The notes: generated by a model from the sequence alone, not told the origin. 64,000 nucleotides of DNA from Dimorphilus gyrociliatus (GCA_904063045.1 CAJFCJ010000006.1:2923631-2987630); one strand, 5' to 3'. Positions 1 through 12,303 are shown, counted from the stretch's first letter. Numbers and translations: made by a program.

Positions 1-1
1 G

Positions 2-1453
2 GCTTCAAAACCAGAAACGACAACCACTTGTTGTTCAAATAAACAACAATGTAGGGATGGCCACAACAGACAAGAAAAACACTATTCTTCTGATGACAAA
101 TTCTCTTCTGACAAATATATTCAAAGTACTTACAAAAATTGTAAATGCTGGAACAAAGACATCACTTGTGAATGTCAAGATTGTCGTTGCAAAGATGGAA
201 GGACACGCTGTTCTGGGGTAAATTGCAGCTGCTGCAAATGTGATCCGCGTACGTGTAATAACTATAAATGCTTTTCTGGAAAGAATACCTGTGACTGCAA
301 AGACTGCGACTGCAAAAACGGAGGGAAATGTTGTTGCGGAGATAATTGCAGTTGTTGTAAATGCGACACATGTACTTGCAAGGACTGCAAGTGTTGTCCC
401 GGAAAGAATACCTGTGAATGTAAGGATTGTGGTTGCAAAGATGGAGGAAAATGTTGTTGCGGAGACAATTGCAGTTGTTGTAAATGCGACCCATGTACTT
501 GCAAGGACTGCAAGTGCTGTCCAGGAAAGAATACCTGTGAATGTAAGGATTGTGGTTGCAAAAACGGAGGAAAATGTTGTTGCGGAGATAATTGCAGTTG
601 TTGTAAATGCGAATCATGTACTTGCAAGGACTGCAAGTGCTGTCCAGGAAAGAATACCTGTGAATGTAAGGATTGTCGTTGCAAAGATGGAGGAAAATGT
701 TGTTGCGGAGACAATTGCAGTTGTTGTAAATGCGACCCATGTACTTGCAAGGACTGCAAGTGCTGTCCAGGAAAGAATACCTGTGAATGTAAGGATTGTC
801 GTTGCAAAGATGGAGGAAAATGTTGTTGCGGAGACAATTGCAGTTGTTGTAAATGCGAATCATGTACTTGCAAGGACTGCAAGTGCTGTCCAGGAAAGAA
901 TACCTGTGACTGCAAAGACTGCGACTGCAAAAACGGAGGAAAATGTTGTTGCGGAGATAATTGCAGTTGTTGTAAATGCGAATCATGTACTTGCAAGGAC
1001 TGCAAGTGCTGTCCAGGAAAGAATACCTGTGACTGCAAAGACTGCGACTGCAAAAACGGAGGAAAATGTTGTTGCGGAGATAATTGCAGTTGTTGTAAAT
1101 GCGACCCATGTACTTGCAAGGACTGCAAGTGCTGTCCAGGAAAGAATACCTGTGACTGCAAAGACTGCGACTGCAAAAACGGAGGAAAATGTTGTTGCGG
1201 AGATAATTGCAGTTGTTGTAAATGCGAATCATGTACTTGCAAGGACTGCAAGTGTTGTCCCGGAAAGAATACCTGTGAAAGTAAGGATTGTCGTTGCGAA
1301 GATGGAAGAAAATGTTGTTGTGGAGACAAATGCAGTTGTTGTAAATGCGACCCATGTACTTGCAAGGACTGCAAGTGCTGTCCAGGAAAGAATACCTGTG
1401 AATGTAAGGATTGTCGTTGCGAAGATGGAGGAAATTGCTTTGTAGAGGATTAA
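2..1453 (+). CDS. Multi-domain metallothionein-like Cys-rich protein, 3' part (start lies upstream of the window)
   Basis: Frame starting at nt 2 is open to TAA 1451-1453 and has no ATG, so the ORF track missed it. It reads ...KNTCECKDCGCKDGGKCCCGDNCSCCKCDPCTCKDCKCCPG repeated, with CxC/CC/CCC motifs, K/G/D-rich, no aromatics in the repeat. Confidence 0.8.
   Translation, partial: ASKPETTTTCCSNKQQCRDGHNRQEKHYSSDDKFSSDKYIQSTYKNCKCWNKDITCECQDCRCKDGRTRCSGVNCSCCKCDPRTCNNYKCFSGKNTCDCKDCDCKNGGKCCCGDNCSCCKCDTCTCKDCKCCPGKNTCECKDCGCKDGGKCCCGDNCSCCKCDPCTCKDCKCCPGKNTCECKDCGCKNGGKCCCGDNCSCCKCESCTCKDCKCCPGKNTCECKDCRCKDGGKCCCGDNCSCCKCDPCTCKDCKCCPGKNTCECKDCRCKDGGKCCCGDNCSCCKCESCTCKDCKCCPGKNTCDCKDCDCKNGGKCCCGDNCSCCKCESCTCKDCKCCPGKNTCDCKDCDCKNGGKCCCGDNCSCCKCDPCTCKDCKCCPGKNTCDCKDCDCKNGGKCCCGDNCSCCKCESCTCKDCKCCPGKNTCESKDCRCEDGRKCCCGDKCSCCKCDPCTCKDCKCCPGKNTCECKDCRCEDGGNCFVED
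281..1450 (+). repeat. Coding tandem repeat, 123-bp unit, 9 full copies plus a partial tenth (a degenerate copy lies at ~158-280)
   Basis: The motif aagaatacctgtga recurs at 281, 404, 527, 650, 773, 896, 1019, 1142, 1265 and 1388. Confidence 0.95.
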
Positions 1454-1980
1454 ATCCGGTGACAATGGAACATTTGGTTTATGCTTGTCGAATGACATAT
1501 TGTATTATTAATTTCTTTTATATATGTTTAAATGTTTTGGTAAAATAATATATTGATGATCTAAAACTCGAAGCTTTTTTTTTGTGAATGCAGTATGAAT
1601 TGATTCACTTTATAGGATAGTGCTTGCCGAATTATTGCAATTGGAATATTTTTAAAAAATAGTAATTTGTTTAATGAGTGAATAAAAGGTATTTTTTTAT
1701 TAACGAACTTTAAGTTTTGTAGATATTTAGAAGCGTAATGCTAAAAATCAGCGTCTTGAATAACTCTCGCTGTTTTTTTATATTGTATTTCCATTTATCG
1801 TGTTAGAATCTTTTTTCTGTTAAAAAATGGTAATTAGTAATATTTAAGAATTGTTTGCCTATATGACATACTATTACATCTTCTTATTAAAAGGTTAAAA
1901 AACTGTATGAGTTTTTAGGTACTTGAAATTAACTTTTTGACTTATTTAAAGAAACTTGTAAAATAATATTAATGGATCTA

Positions 1981-2970
1981 TTACCTTTGATCAATTTCTT
2001 TTTGGTAGGTACCATGAGTAGAGATCTTAATTAGTAAACCATATAAAACTACTGCATGATGAATATTAGTTGCCCATTCGAGTTCATTGTTGGAAAATCT
2101 AATTTACAGAAGTAATATTCATAATTTTTAATATGAAATGTTCAAAAGTATGATTTTTACCAACAATTTGTCTATTGCAGCTGTAGCTCCAATAGTTTCT
2201 GGCATTTTTTGAAAAGTGTCTGGCTTGACGAGAACTTGAAAACTAGTCTGAACCTTGTAGTGTTTCCAGCTGATAACGCAATCATTTACTTAGTAATAAC
2301 TATAATAATTCAAAAGTGAAAATGTGCGTACTTGTGAGGAGAAGCATAGTATCCAGAATATACTATTGAAGGAGATACAAACACGCGTTTATAATCGAAA
2401 CCTTTAGGTCCGTAATTTTCTCCATAATGCCCAAATAACTCTTTCAACTCTTTACCAGTGTACAAAACATCACCTGGCATACACAATTGACCAGTGCGTA
2501 AAACGTCTCCAACTCTATTTGGTTGTGTGCCATGATAGGCTCGGTAATAGCACTCGAACGAATCTTCTAGAGGAGTATATAATTTTAATCCGAATCTGCA
2601 CCATCCAACAGGAATTGCATAGGTCATTGGAGGCTTTCCTCTTGAATAAGATTCTCTATCTCCTCTTTCTTTGTGGCAAACTCTGCAGTAGCAAATGTTA
2701 AATTGTTCATTCATATAGTTATCTGTCATAATAAAGATTTACTATATTAATAATAAAAATGTAGTAAAAATATTTTTCAACCCACCGTCTAGCTTAAGCT
2801 CTTCCTTCACATATTCTTTCGCCAAGTCTTTTAAAACACAAACTGAAAACAAGGGAAAATGTATATGTAAATAAGCAATAACTTAATGTTATAATAAAAA
2901 TAAAATAACCATTTCCATCAAGAGGATCTCCTTGAAAAAAGGTACCATCACAACAAACATTGCTTGCCAT
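1981..2970 (-). CDS. Paralog 0: stand-alone NEURL4-type ART domain protein (no SPRY, no ARM)
   Basis: Inferred exons: MASNVCCDGTFFQGDPLDGN / CVLKDLAKEYVKEELKLD / CYCRVCH..YAIPVGWCRFGL..RAYHGT..FVSPSIVY / FQVLVKPDTF..ETIG / FSNNELEW..LYGLLIKI..stop at 1981-1983. Introns are GT-AG. Confidence 0.75.
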
Positions 2971-3477
2971 ATTTCCAATTATAGATTCATAAGAAAAGAT
3001 TGATAAAAATCAATAGGGAGACTATTCTGTACTTGATATATATTCTCAAGTCAGTGATGTAAAACTAAACAGCAAGAAAAGAAAAGAAAAGTAGAAAATT
3101 TGTTACATTAACATATTTCTTCTACTTTTATTTTCGTTCATTTCATACTATTTTTTATAACGCAAAATATGTTTCCGTTCTTTTTTTTGTGGTTTTTAAA
3201 TTGTATGACGATCATAGGATCATAAAAGAAATAGTTGTATATTGTTGTATATGGAATATACGAAGTTGAACTAGAGAATACGAAAATCTATCTTCAAAAG
3301 CTTAATATTTCAAAAGTTAGGCTAAATATTTACAAACACATCAATAATTTTGTAATAGTTTTTGTTTTACTTTAAGTCTATTGTGTATACTTTCAGTTTT
3401 TATATACTGTATTCATAATAATAATAGTCAACTACGTATTTAAAGGTGTCTAATATCTTTTTCTCTTGTGAAGTTTA

Positions 3478-6099
3478 TTATTTCTGTCTTAAATCTGCTT
3501 TTATTAGTAGGCCATAGATAATTAATGAATTATCATTTTCAACGAACCATTCTATTTCGGTGTTGGAAAATCTGCAGAGAAATTCAATTGTTTATTGCAT
3601 AACGAACAAGATTTAGGTGAATACATACGATGGATCAAATTGGAGTTGTTTATTGCCGTTTCTACCTTGAGCTGTATAGCTATCGGGTCTTACTAAGACT
3701 TGAAAAGCCAATTTAATGTCATAAGCTCCGTATCTTTTAAGTAAAAATGGAATATTAAACCGACAAATATTTAAAATCTCCAACTGATTAAGTACCTTCT
3801 TGACTGAGATGTGTAACTGCAATATTTAATTGATGGAGAAACAAATCTAGTTGCTGATTCTCGGATTTCTGAATTACGACTTTCAATAACTTCTTTTACA
3901 CTATCGCTGAAAGATATTGGAAGATAGGCTCTATGCCAATCCTCAAAGTCGTACACGGTTGCATGGGTGTCGTGAACGTTGAGCCCTATCCTATACCATC
4001 CAAGAGGCAAAACATATTTTCTTAAAGGCTTTCCCCTATGATAATAGTCATTGTCTTTTCTATAAAGGTGGCAATTATGACAGAAACATTTGCTATGTCT
4101 TTCTGCTTTGTAAGAATCTCCTATAAGTTTAAAAGTTGTAAACAAATTAGTTGCTTCGTTTAGCTGTTAAAATAGACTAACTTATGGATAATTCAGTTTT
4201 AAAATATTTATCACATAAATTTTTTAATTGACAAATTTCTGAGTCTTTTATCCTCTTGATTTCGTTCAATTTTAAGATACAAGTTGAAATTAAATCATCA
4301 AATTCGTTTCCTTTTAATTTTTCCAATTCCATTATGAATCTATCTGCGTTGAAATTCCTCGGTAAGGTGTCTACTTTTCTAATAGTTTTAATAGTCATTG
4401 AGAAACAGACGCTTAAACAATTTAAAAGATGTTCACAGGACGTTAAATCGTTTGGGTCTAAATTTTCCAATTTATTTCCCAACATGTTCATTATACCCAT
4501 ATCAAACAAATGTTGGTAATTCCTTTCATTTCTCAAAGCATACCTTAAAATTTCAAGAATTAACGTCGATTGGAGTTTATCATTGAAATATTTTATCAGT
4601 AAATTCGCACAAGTTTCTATAAAAGGAAAAACAGTTATATAGTTATTTAGCATAGCTATTTTTTTATTTAAAAACAACCATCAAGTTCAAAGGTTTCTCC
4701 ACAAAGAAGAATACTTATCGTTAGAGTAACTAGTTTGATGTTATCAGGTGTGAGATGGCATCTTGTAAAGTTAATATAGTAATCTCTTTTTTCCAAAATT
4801 CTACCTGATATCTCCGATATCTTACAGCCCTGTTTAATTAACTGTAAAGTACACAGCAAAATTCCATTCGGATTTAACTGTTTAACAATTAAAATATTAA
4901 TGAATTAAGATGAATTTTAAAATAATTATATTGTATTGTACTTTAAGTTTTTCGGCCTCCATTACAATGTGTAAAAGATCAATAAATGAATTGTCAAAAG
5001 CCAATTTAGCGAACATAGCATTCTTCTTTGAACAACTCTTGAAAAATTTACACATCATTCTGTAACTTTGTTGAATATCATGATCGTCCATATACAATGT
5101 GAAAAATCTCAACATTTTATTTGCAACCTCAAAAAACTGACTTTTCATAATAATGGTTAGAATAGTTTCGTATAGGATACTATCACAGTAGCATACTCTT
5201 AAAAATTTTAATAGTTTCTTTAAAAAATCTTTAAAAAGAGAGTATTCATTAATTTTTGCTATAAGATCCAAAATTTTAAGAAGAACTTTAGTAAACGTTT
5301 CCAAATCGCTATAATATCCTTCAGATTTAAGAAGATACGGTAGTTTCGCAACGCTAATTTCACAGTTTTTACTGGAGATGCTTACCGTTAGGAACAGATT
5401 TTTATTCTGTTTTGTAAATAATTCAGTTATTCCGGTAAAACATATACCGTAATCTATATCATTTGTTCCGAATGATAGAGTTCCTCTTTTAAAATCGACT
5501 ATCATTTTGAAATAGTCGGGAATAACGAAGCTCGGCGAACAATTCTCCGGGTAGCTATGAATTACTTCATTCTTATAATAAAATTCTTTACTGTTTAAAT
5601 CCCAACCAAATGAATTCTCATTCTGACCGCAAAGTGGAACGAGAGAGCTTTCTCTTTTAGAAACTGAATCGGTTGATAAACCAATTATTGAGAATTTACC
5701 TCTTCTCGTTTCTTTAGGCCAATATATTTGATAAACGTGAATTCCTTTGTATAATCCTTCTGTACACTTAGCTAAATCTGAGGAGGTTTTGGAAATATTT
5801 TTACGAATCGTTATCTTTTCATCGGTTATTGTAAAGTTATCTGAGGAATCGATCTTATCCCATTGAAATACATTTTCTTGTTTGAACCATTGGGGTACAC
5901 AACCTTGTTTAGCTTTAACAGGATTAACTTCATACGCTTTAATACGCTTTTCCCAAGCATCCAATGGAAGTGTAAACTCATCCTGAAAATGATACTGTCC
6001 TTCATAATTATCTCTTTCACAATCAGTACCGGATGCATTTCTTATTAGAGTACTTGTTTTCGATTCTATATCACCTAAATCGCTTAGATTGTTACCCAT
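3478..6099 (-). CDS. Paralog A: MG-SPRY-ARM-ART protein; ART lacks the HGT motif
   Basis: Starts MGNNLS. SPRY motifs FQWD, GIHVYQIYWP, FGWDL, MIVDFKRGTLSF; helical repeats; then CFCHNCH..LPLGWYRIGL..WHRAYLPI..FVSPSIKY..FQVLVRPDSY..FSNTEIEW..YGLLIK. Stop 3478-3480. Confidence 0.85.
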
Positions 6100-6367
6100 A
6101 TCTGTCTGTGATATATCTGCTTTCGTTTTCGATAAAATGGCGTCTGGTGGTTACCGAAATAGAAAATAAAATGTTTCATACGTTGTATTTAAATATTGAA
6201 GCTAATTCATCATTTTTAAATTTTTTGGACAGGGAACCTAGTTTTAAAATTCTACTTTCGTTTTTAAAATAGTAAATAGCAATAACAACAATTGAAAGCT
6301 GATATCATACTGTATTTTGTGTAAAAAATAGTTCTAAATGTTAGTGATTATTTATCGAAAAAGAAAG

Positions 6368-9102
6368 TTAACTTTTTTCAATAGGTTCTATATTAATCAA
6401 AAGTCCGTAGAGAGCATGACAAGCACGTTGCATTGTAAACCATTCAAGTTCGTCGTTGGAAAATCTGTTAAGATGATTATTAAAATAAATATTAATTATA
6501 TTATTTTAATTGATTTTTATACAAAAAACCAACTTCTGATCAATTTGTTTGCTTTGTCCAATTGTTTGTGGTCCAATTTTGTAAGTATTTGGTGCCATTA
6601 GAACTTGAAAACACATTTTGACAACGTATTTATCTTTCCATCTATAGAATATTTTTTAATTAATAGATTACTTTGTTTAGTGTAATAATAGATAAAAGTT
6701 GATAATTACCTTGATCCTGGGGAGTAGTGGGTTGAATAGCGAAGAGATGGAGATACAAATACACATTTTGTATTGAATCCTTCAGGTTTTCTCTCATCAT
6801 TAAAGTGATTTGGCAATTCTGTCAGCCGATGACCACTAGCTGTATAATCACCGGGTAATAACAGAAATCCATGACGTAGAATATCAGGGATAGTCTCAGT
6901 CTTGGTACCGTGATAAGCTCTATGCCATTTTTTTACGGCTTCTGCCTCTTCTGCAAAAGGAGGTAAAACCAAACCAAACCTATACCATCCAATAGGCAAT
7001 GCATAGGTTCGGGATGGCTCTCCACGTGAGTAATAATCTTGATCGTTTCTTTTAGAATGGCAGTTGATGCAAAAACATCTATCGTATTTAGAGTCAAAAT
7101 ATACCGAGCCTATAAAGAAATAGAATGGTTGTCTTCCTATTTTTGAATAATCAAATAAAAGTATATTTACTAAAATTTAAACACTGCATTAATTCTGCAG
7201 TTAAATCTTTCAGAAGGCATTTTTTCTCTACAGCTACTCCTTTCTCAATTTCATCTAATTTGTTTAGGCAGGAATTAATCTGGCATTCAATGCTGCTTGA
7301 ACCGCTTGATAAGTCTTTGAGAGTTTCTCTTAATCGCTTTACGCCTACACTATCTCTGAGAGAACTATTATGAGAATTTTCCCTTTGTAATTCGACAACT
7401 TTCGTTAATAGTTTAATTAGACATTGTAACGCTATAGTAAGACAGTCATTTTTTTCTTTAATTCCATTCAAAATGCCATTAAATTTACCAGTAACCCCTT
7501 GACGTAACAAATACAAAATATTCTGATTGTTGTCCAGTACTGATGCCAATGTATCCAGAGCTTCTTTTGGTAATATGAAAAAGTCATCTCCGACCTTTCC
7601 ATCTAGGGCTGCAGATTCAGCGAAAGAGGCAATGATATCCAGAAAATGTGCTGAATTTAACAAAAAAGCTTTGTTATTATTCTTATATTCTATATATATT
7701 CATATATGCATACAATTAATGGTCCATTTAGATCTCGAATCTTCGTATTTTATATAGCCAAGACTCATAATACATAGTATTGGAATAAATGATTCGACGT
7801 CTACACCTGCACATATATTATCAGAACAATGTTTTTCAAGCAATCCGTCAATTTTCCTTTGAAGAATTTCATCTCTTATTGCCGATATCTTAGAGAGATT
7901 GCATATTAGGATGAGGATAGGGAGTAGAATATCTTTCTTGATCTGTAACCAATTGATTTAAATGATTAGAAAAGCTATTAGTTGTTTGTTTAAGTAATAC
8001 TAACTGATATTGACATATTTGCTTTAATTATGTCTGAAAGTACAGTTTCCAAAGTATCTAAACATCCAGATTCAAATAGTGACGTGGAAAATTTTGCAAA
8101 ATCGTGGGAACATGTTCCCATCAGTTTAGTTATCTCTATAAAATTCGTAATCGCTGCTGGTTTCCTTTTTTGTTTATATGTATATTTCTGATAATGGCAC
8201 ATTATGTTAGCGTCTTTCGCAATCATAGACATATATATCTTATACATCCAAACGTCTTGTTTAGCTTCCTCCAAAATATTATGAAACTTGGCAATGCTTT
8301 CATATATAAGTGAGGAGTCATCTAAGCTTTTGCTACGCATCATCTCTATTAAAGTTCTCCAAACTACAGAATTTTCCGATAAAGCAGACGTACTTCTTGT
8401 TGAAAACAATTGATTAAATGTACTCTTCCCCATGCCTTCGATTTTTGTCATTGATACCTTATCATTGAAATTTGTAAGATTAACTGTAGGATATAGTTTT
8501 ACATTCTTTTTGGAGAAAACTGCATCCAATCCACTACAACAAATTCCAATATCTCCGTGTTCATCTTTAAATGAGAGGATCCCTTTCTGCAAGTCTAGGA
8601 TCATAAAAAAGGTGTCTGATACTGAATAACCAGGATTCCTGTCCTCCGGATACGTATTCAACACCATTCCTCCGTAAAGAGCTTTATTATTTACTATATC
8701 CCAACCTAGTGAGTGCTGATTTAGACCACATAACGGTAGGCATTGAAAATTTTGAATGGGTGCCATCTGAGAAGAAACACCAATAACTGCACACAAACCC
8801 CTCTTTTTCTGAGGCCAATGTATTTTAAATATGTGTAATCCATCAGTATATCCTTCAGCTGCTTTTGCAATATGTGAACTAGGTCTTTCTGCAATTTTAG
8901 ACACTGTCAATCCGTCAGCTTCTATTCTGAGAGATGAAGATGTCTTTTCCTCATCCCATATAGACGCCTGTTTTATCCTAGGGCTTTTGACTGCTTCTGC
9001 AGGCCTTTGAGTGTTTCTCGTATTGGAATTCTTGAGTGCACTCACGAAAATTTTAGCTATATCTTCTTCCAAGTCTGACAAATCGCCTTGAGCATTTCCC
9101 AT
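6368..9102 (-). CDS. Paralog B: MG-SPRY-ARM-ART protein, catalytic motifs intact
   Basis: Starts MGNAQG. SPRY exon 7990-9102, ARM exons, then PIGWYRFGL..WHRAYHGT..FVSPSLRY..FQVL..FSNDELEW..YGLLI. Stop 6368-6370. Confidence 0.85.
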
Positions 9103-9651
9103 TTCTGCAATGCAACTGAAGCTACACTTCCTACTTTCACTTTAAAATAGAACTGGAACCATACTAAAAAAGAGTTTATAAGTACAGAAATTTGTCATGA
9201 AAACCAGAAGAGAACCATTTTAAACTTCAAATATGGTTTAAATTGATTAATATATAACTATAAATGATAAACTCTTTAATGTTAAAACAAAGTTTGTATG
9301 CAATAACGTTTTATTTACTTTATAACGATAGGCCTTCATATACGCCTTATAACAATAGAAATATAAACGAAAATAAAAACAAGATGATTACACGATTACA
9401 ACTTCAATGATATTTTTTATTCTCTTTACGATTCAATTTCAAGTTTCTGCGTTTCTTTTTTTTTTTAAAGAAAAAATAATTAAAAATAGATTGTAAGAGT
9501 AACAAAGTGATGAAAGACAAAAACAGAAAATCAAAAAAAAGATAAGTATTTAAGGTTGAAAATTTGTTGATAATAATATTTTTCAACAATATTTTTTAAA
9601 TTATAATTAATTAAAAAAAAATTACTTAGAAAACGAAAGTAGAAAAAGAGT

Positions 9652-12303
9652 TTATTTTTCGTTCTTTTCGATTTTAATTAGTAGACTGTGCAGTACAACA
9701 GAACTTCTATTTTCTGTAAACCATTCGAGATCATAGTTTGAATACCTGAATGAATAATTAAAAATCAATTAATTCATTTAATTATAAAGGAGTAGTTTTA
9801 GTTTGCATTTACATTAAATCAATTTGCTTTTTAACACCAATTGTTTCGGGTCCAATATTATAGCAATTAGGCTTAATTAGAACTTGAAATGCTGCTTTAA
9901 CTGTACAACCGTTCCATCTTTTGAAAAATAGGAGGGTTTTTTTTAAATTGTTTCTATTGCTATTCTAATTATTTAGCTTACTGTTTTCCTGGAGAATAGT
10001 AATTTGCATAGCGAAGAGAAGGTGAGACAAATATTCTCTTTGTATTGAAACCTTCTGGTTTATTATCATTGTTGTAATGTCCAGGTAGTTCTTTTATTCT
10101 GTGACCGTCAGCAGTCATCTCTCCTGGTAAAAGTAGTTCCTCCTGGCGCAAAATTGTATAAACCCTATCAACTCTTGTTCCATGAAATGCTCTATGCCAA
10201 GTTTCAGAAGCTCTTTCCGATTTGGCTTGAGAAGGTATTTTAAGAGCAAATCTAAACCATCCAATAGGTAAGGAATGATATCTTGGTGGGATACCATGAG
10301 ATACCCCTTCGGCTTCATTCCTTATCGAATGACAAACTGGACAATAACATTTATCATATTGGTTCAAGAGATACGATTTATCTGTGTAAAGAAACGAGTA
10401 TTTCAGTGAAAATGTTAACTATATATATATATATAGTTTCTTACTGTCAATATTAATATATTCTTTTAAGAAGCGTCTACTTAAATTCTCTAAAATGCAT
10501 TCGCCTTTTATTTTTCCTATTGTAAATTTTTGTATCTTATAAAGACATATTTTTGACGTCATTGAAAGATAATTGAAATCTCTCTCGTCCAACTTCTTTA
10601 ATACATCCACTAAGCCATTAACTTTAACAATTTTTCGATATTGTTGATCTTTACCCTCATGAGTCATAACAATTAACGTAAATAATTTATTCAAGCATTG
10701 CTGTGCTAATTCGAGACAAACGTTGTCATTTGATAATTGAATTAAAGCGTCGTTTAAGATGCCAATTAAATTCCTTTTTAATAGAAAATGACAATTTTCC
10801 GCACAATCCAATATTGCTAGTAAAGTTTCCAACGCTTCTCTGGGAAAAACATACATTGTTGAAAATTTTGCATGTCCTTCTTTTATGGCTTTTATAGTCA
10901 ATTCCACTAAGATTTCTAATAGTTTTTCTACGTATTTGAAGAGAGTAGTATTTTATTAGTCATAAAGTTATGGCCAATCCCTATACAAACCTGGCACTAT
11001 CCAAGCTTGTCGATTATCGCTGTATAAAACGTTACCTAGAGTCATAACGCTAATAAGACAAACTGTCGGTGGATATGCTATCGTATCGCAATAATTCTCC
11101 AAAATTCCATGAATCCTCTTTCGTATTATTTCATCTTTTATTATTGTCACCTTTGACAAATTGTGTAAAAGGCCTATTGAATTTACTAGAATCTCGCTTT
11201 TTACCTAGAATTTTTGAATAAAGAGAGTAGTAAGAAATTATATCTATATTTTCATTATTACTTACGTCTTGCGCTATTGATAGTTTAGGCATAATTTGAA
11301 AAGTATCTATAATAGTATCTAAGCATTTTTGATTAACGAGTGCAATGGGAAAAAGAGCATTTCCCCAAGTATAATAATACATAAGTCGAGATACTGCAAT
11401 GAAGCATTGAACACCGACACTATCTCTTATTTGTGTTAGGGAGAATATTTGAAAAAGATTTAAAGCTCTGGTATCATCAAGTTTTGTCATCATTTTTAAA
11501 TATGTTTTATACATCCATAGATCATCTCTAACCATAAAATTTAGTTCCAAAAATTCTTGTATAATTTGAAGTATGACATTGACCTTATCCGAACTTTTAT
11601 GTATCATCATTGAATTTAACATACGCCATTTAACTGACATCTCTAGTAGCATTCCAATCCTTCTTTTGGAGGGATCATGAGATGAATTATGAATTTCTAC
11701 CACGGTAACTTCGCTACCAGCTGATGTAAGATTAATAACGGGATATAGTTTAATCCCCTGTTCAGCAAATATACTATTTAATTCACAATAACAAAAGCCA
11801 AATTCCTCGTCATCCGTTCTAAACGCTAATATGCCTTTATCAAGGTCTAAAATCATATAAAAATTTTCAGGCACTGCGTAGTTGGGATTTCGATCTTTGG
11901 GATAATTCTTAATTAAATTCCCATTAAAAAATGACTGATTATTAACGATATCCCAACCAAGAAGAACTTCGTTTGAATCGAAAATCTGAACAATTTGTGA
12001 ACGACAAACTGGAACTTGATCTGTAGATACACCTATTATAGCAACCTCGCCTCTTTTTTTCTTAGGCCAATTCACTTTAAAGATGTGTATGCCTTCAGTA
12101 TATCCAGATGTACTCCTAGCTATATCTGCAGTATCCGTAGATAAACATTTTTTTACTGTTAAGCCAAGATTACATATTTCCAAATTGGGAGAAGACTCGT
12201 AATTATCCCATTTAAAAGCTGTCTTTCCAGCAAAAGTTCGAATAATCTCTTTTGTAGATTGTTCAATTGTAGATTTATTATCGAAATCCGAATTGCTTTC
12301 CAT
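9652..12303 (-). CDS. Paralog C: SPRY-ARM-ART protein (no Gly2)
   Basis: Starts MESNSD. SPRY FKWD..GIHIFKVNWP..GWDIV..LDLDKGILAF..LYPVI; ART CYCPVCH..WHRAFHGT..FVSPSLRY..YSNYDLEW..LLIKI. Stop 9652-9654. Confidence 0.85.

Noticed and set aside
162-1445. Three long ORFs in the track (162-1355 minus, 240-1445 plus, 262-1374 minus)
   Set aside because: These are shadow frames of a stop-poor 123-bp repeat. The Cys-rich frame 2 gives the coherent protein, and it stays open through the non-repetitive 5' flank.
281-1450. Regular repeats as a CRISPR array or satellite
   Set aside because: Units are contiguous with no unique spacers, their length is a multiple of 3, and the context is eukaryotic with no cas genes.
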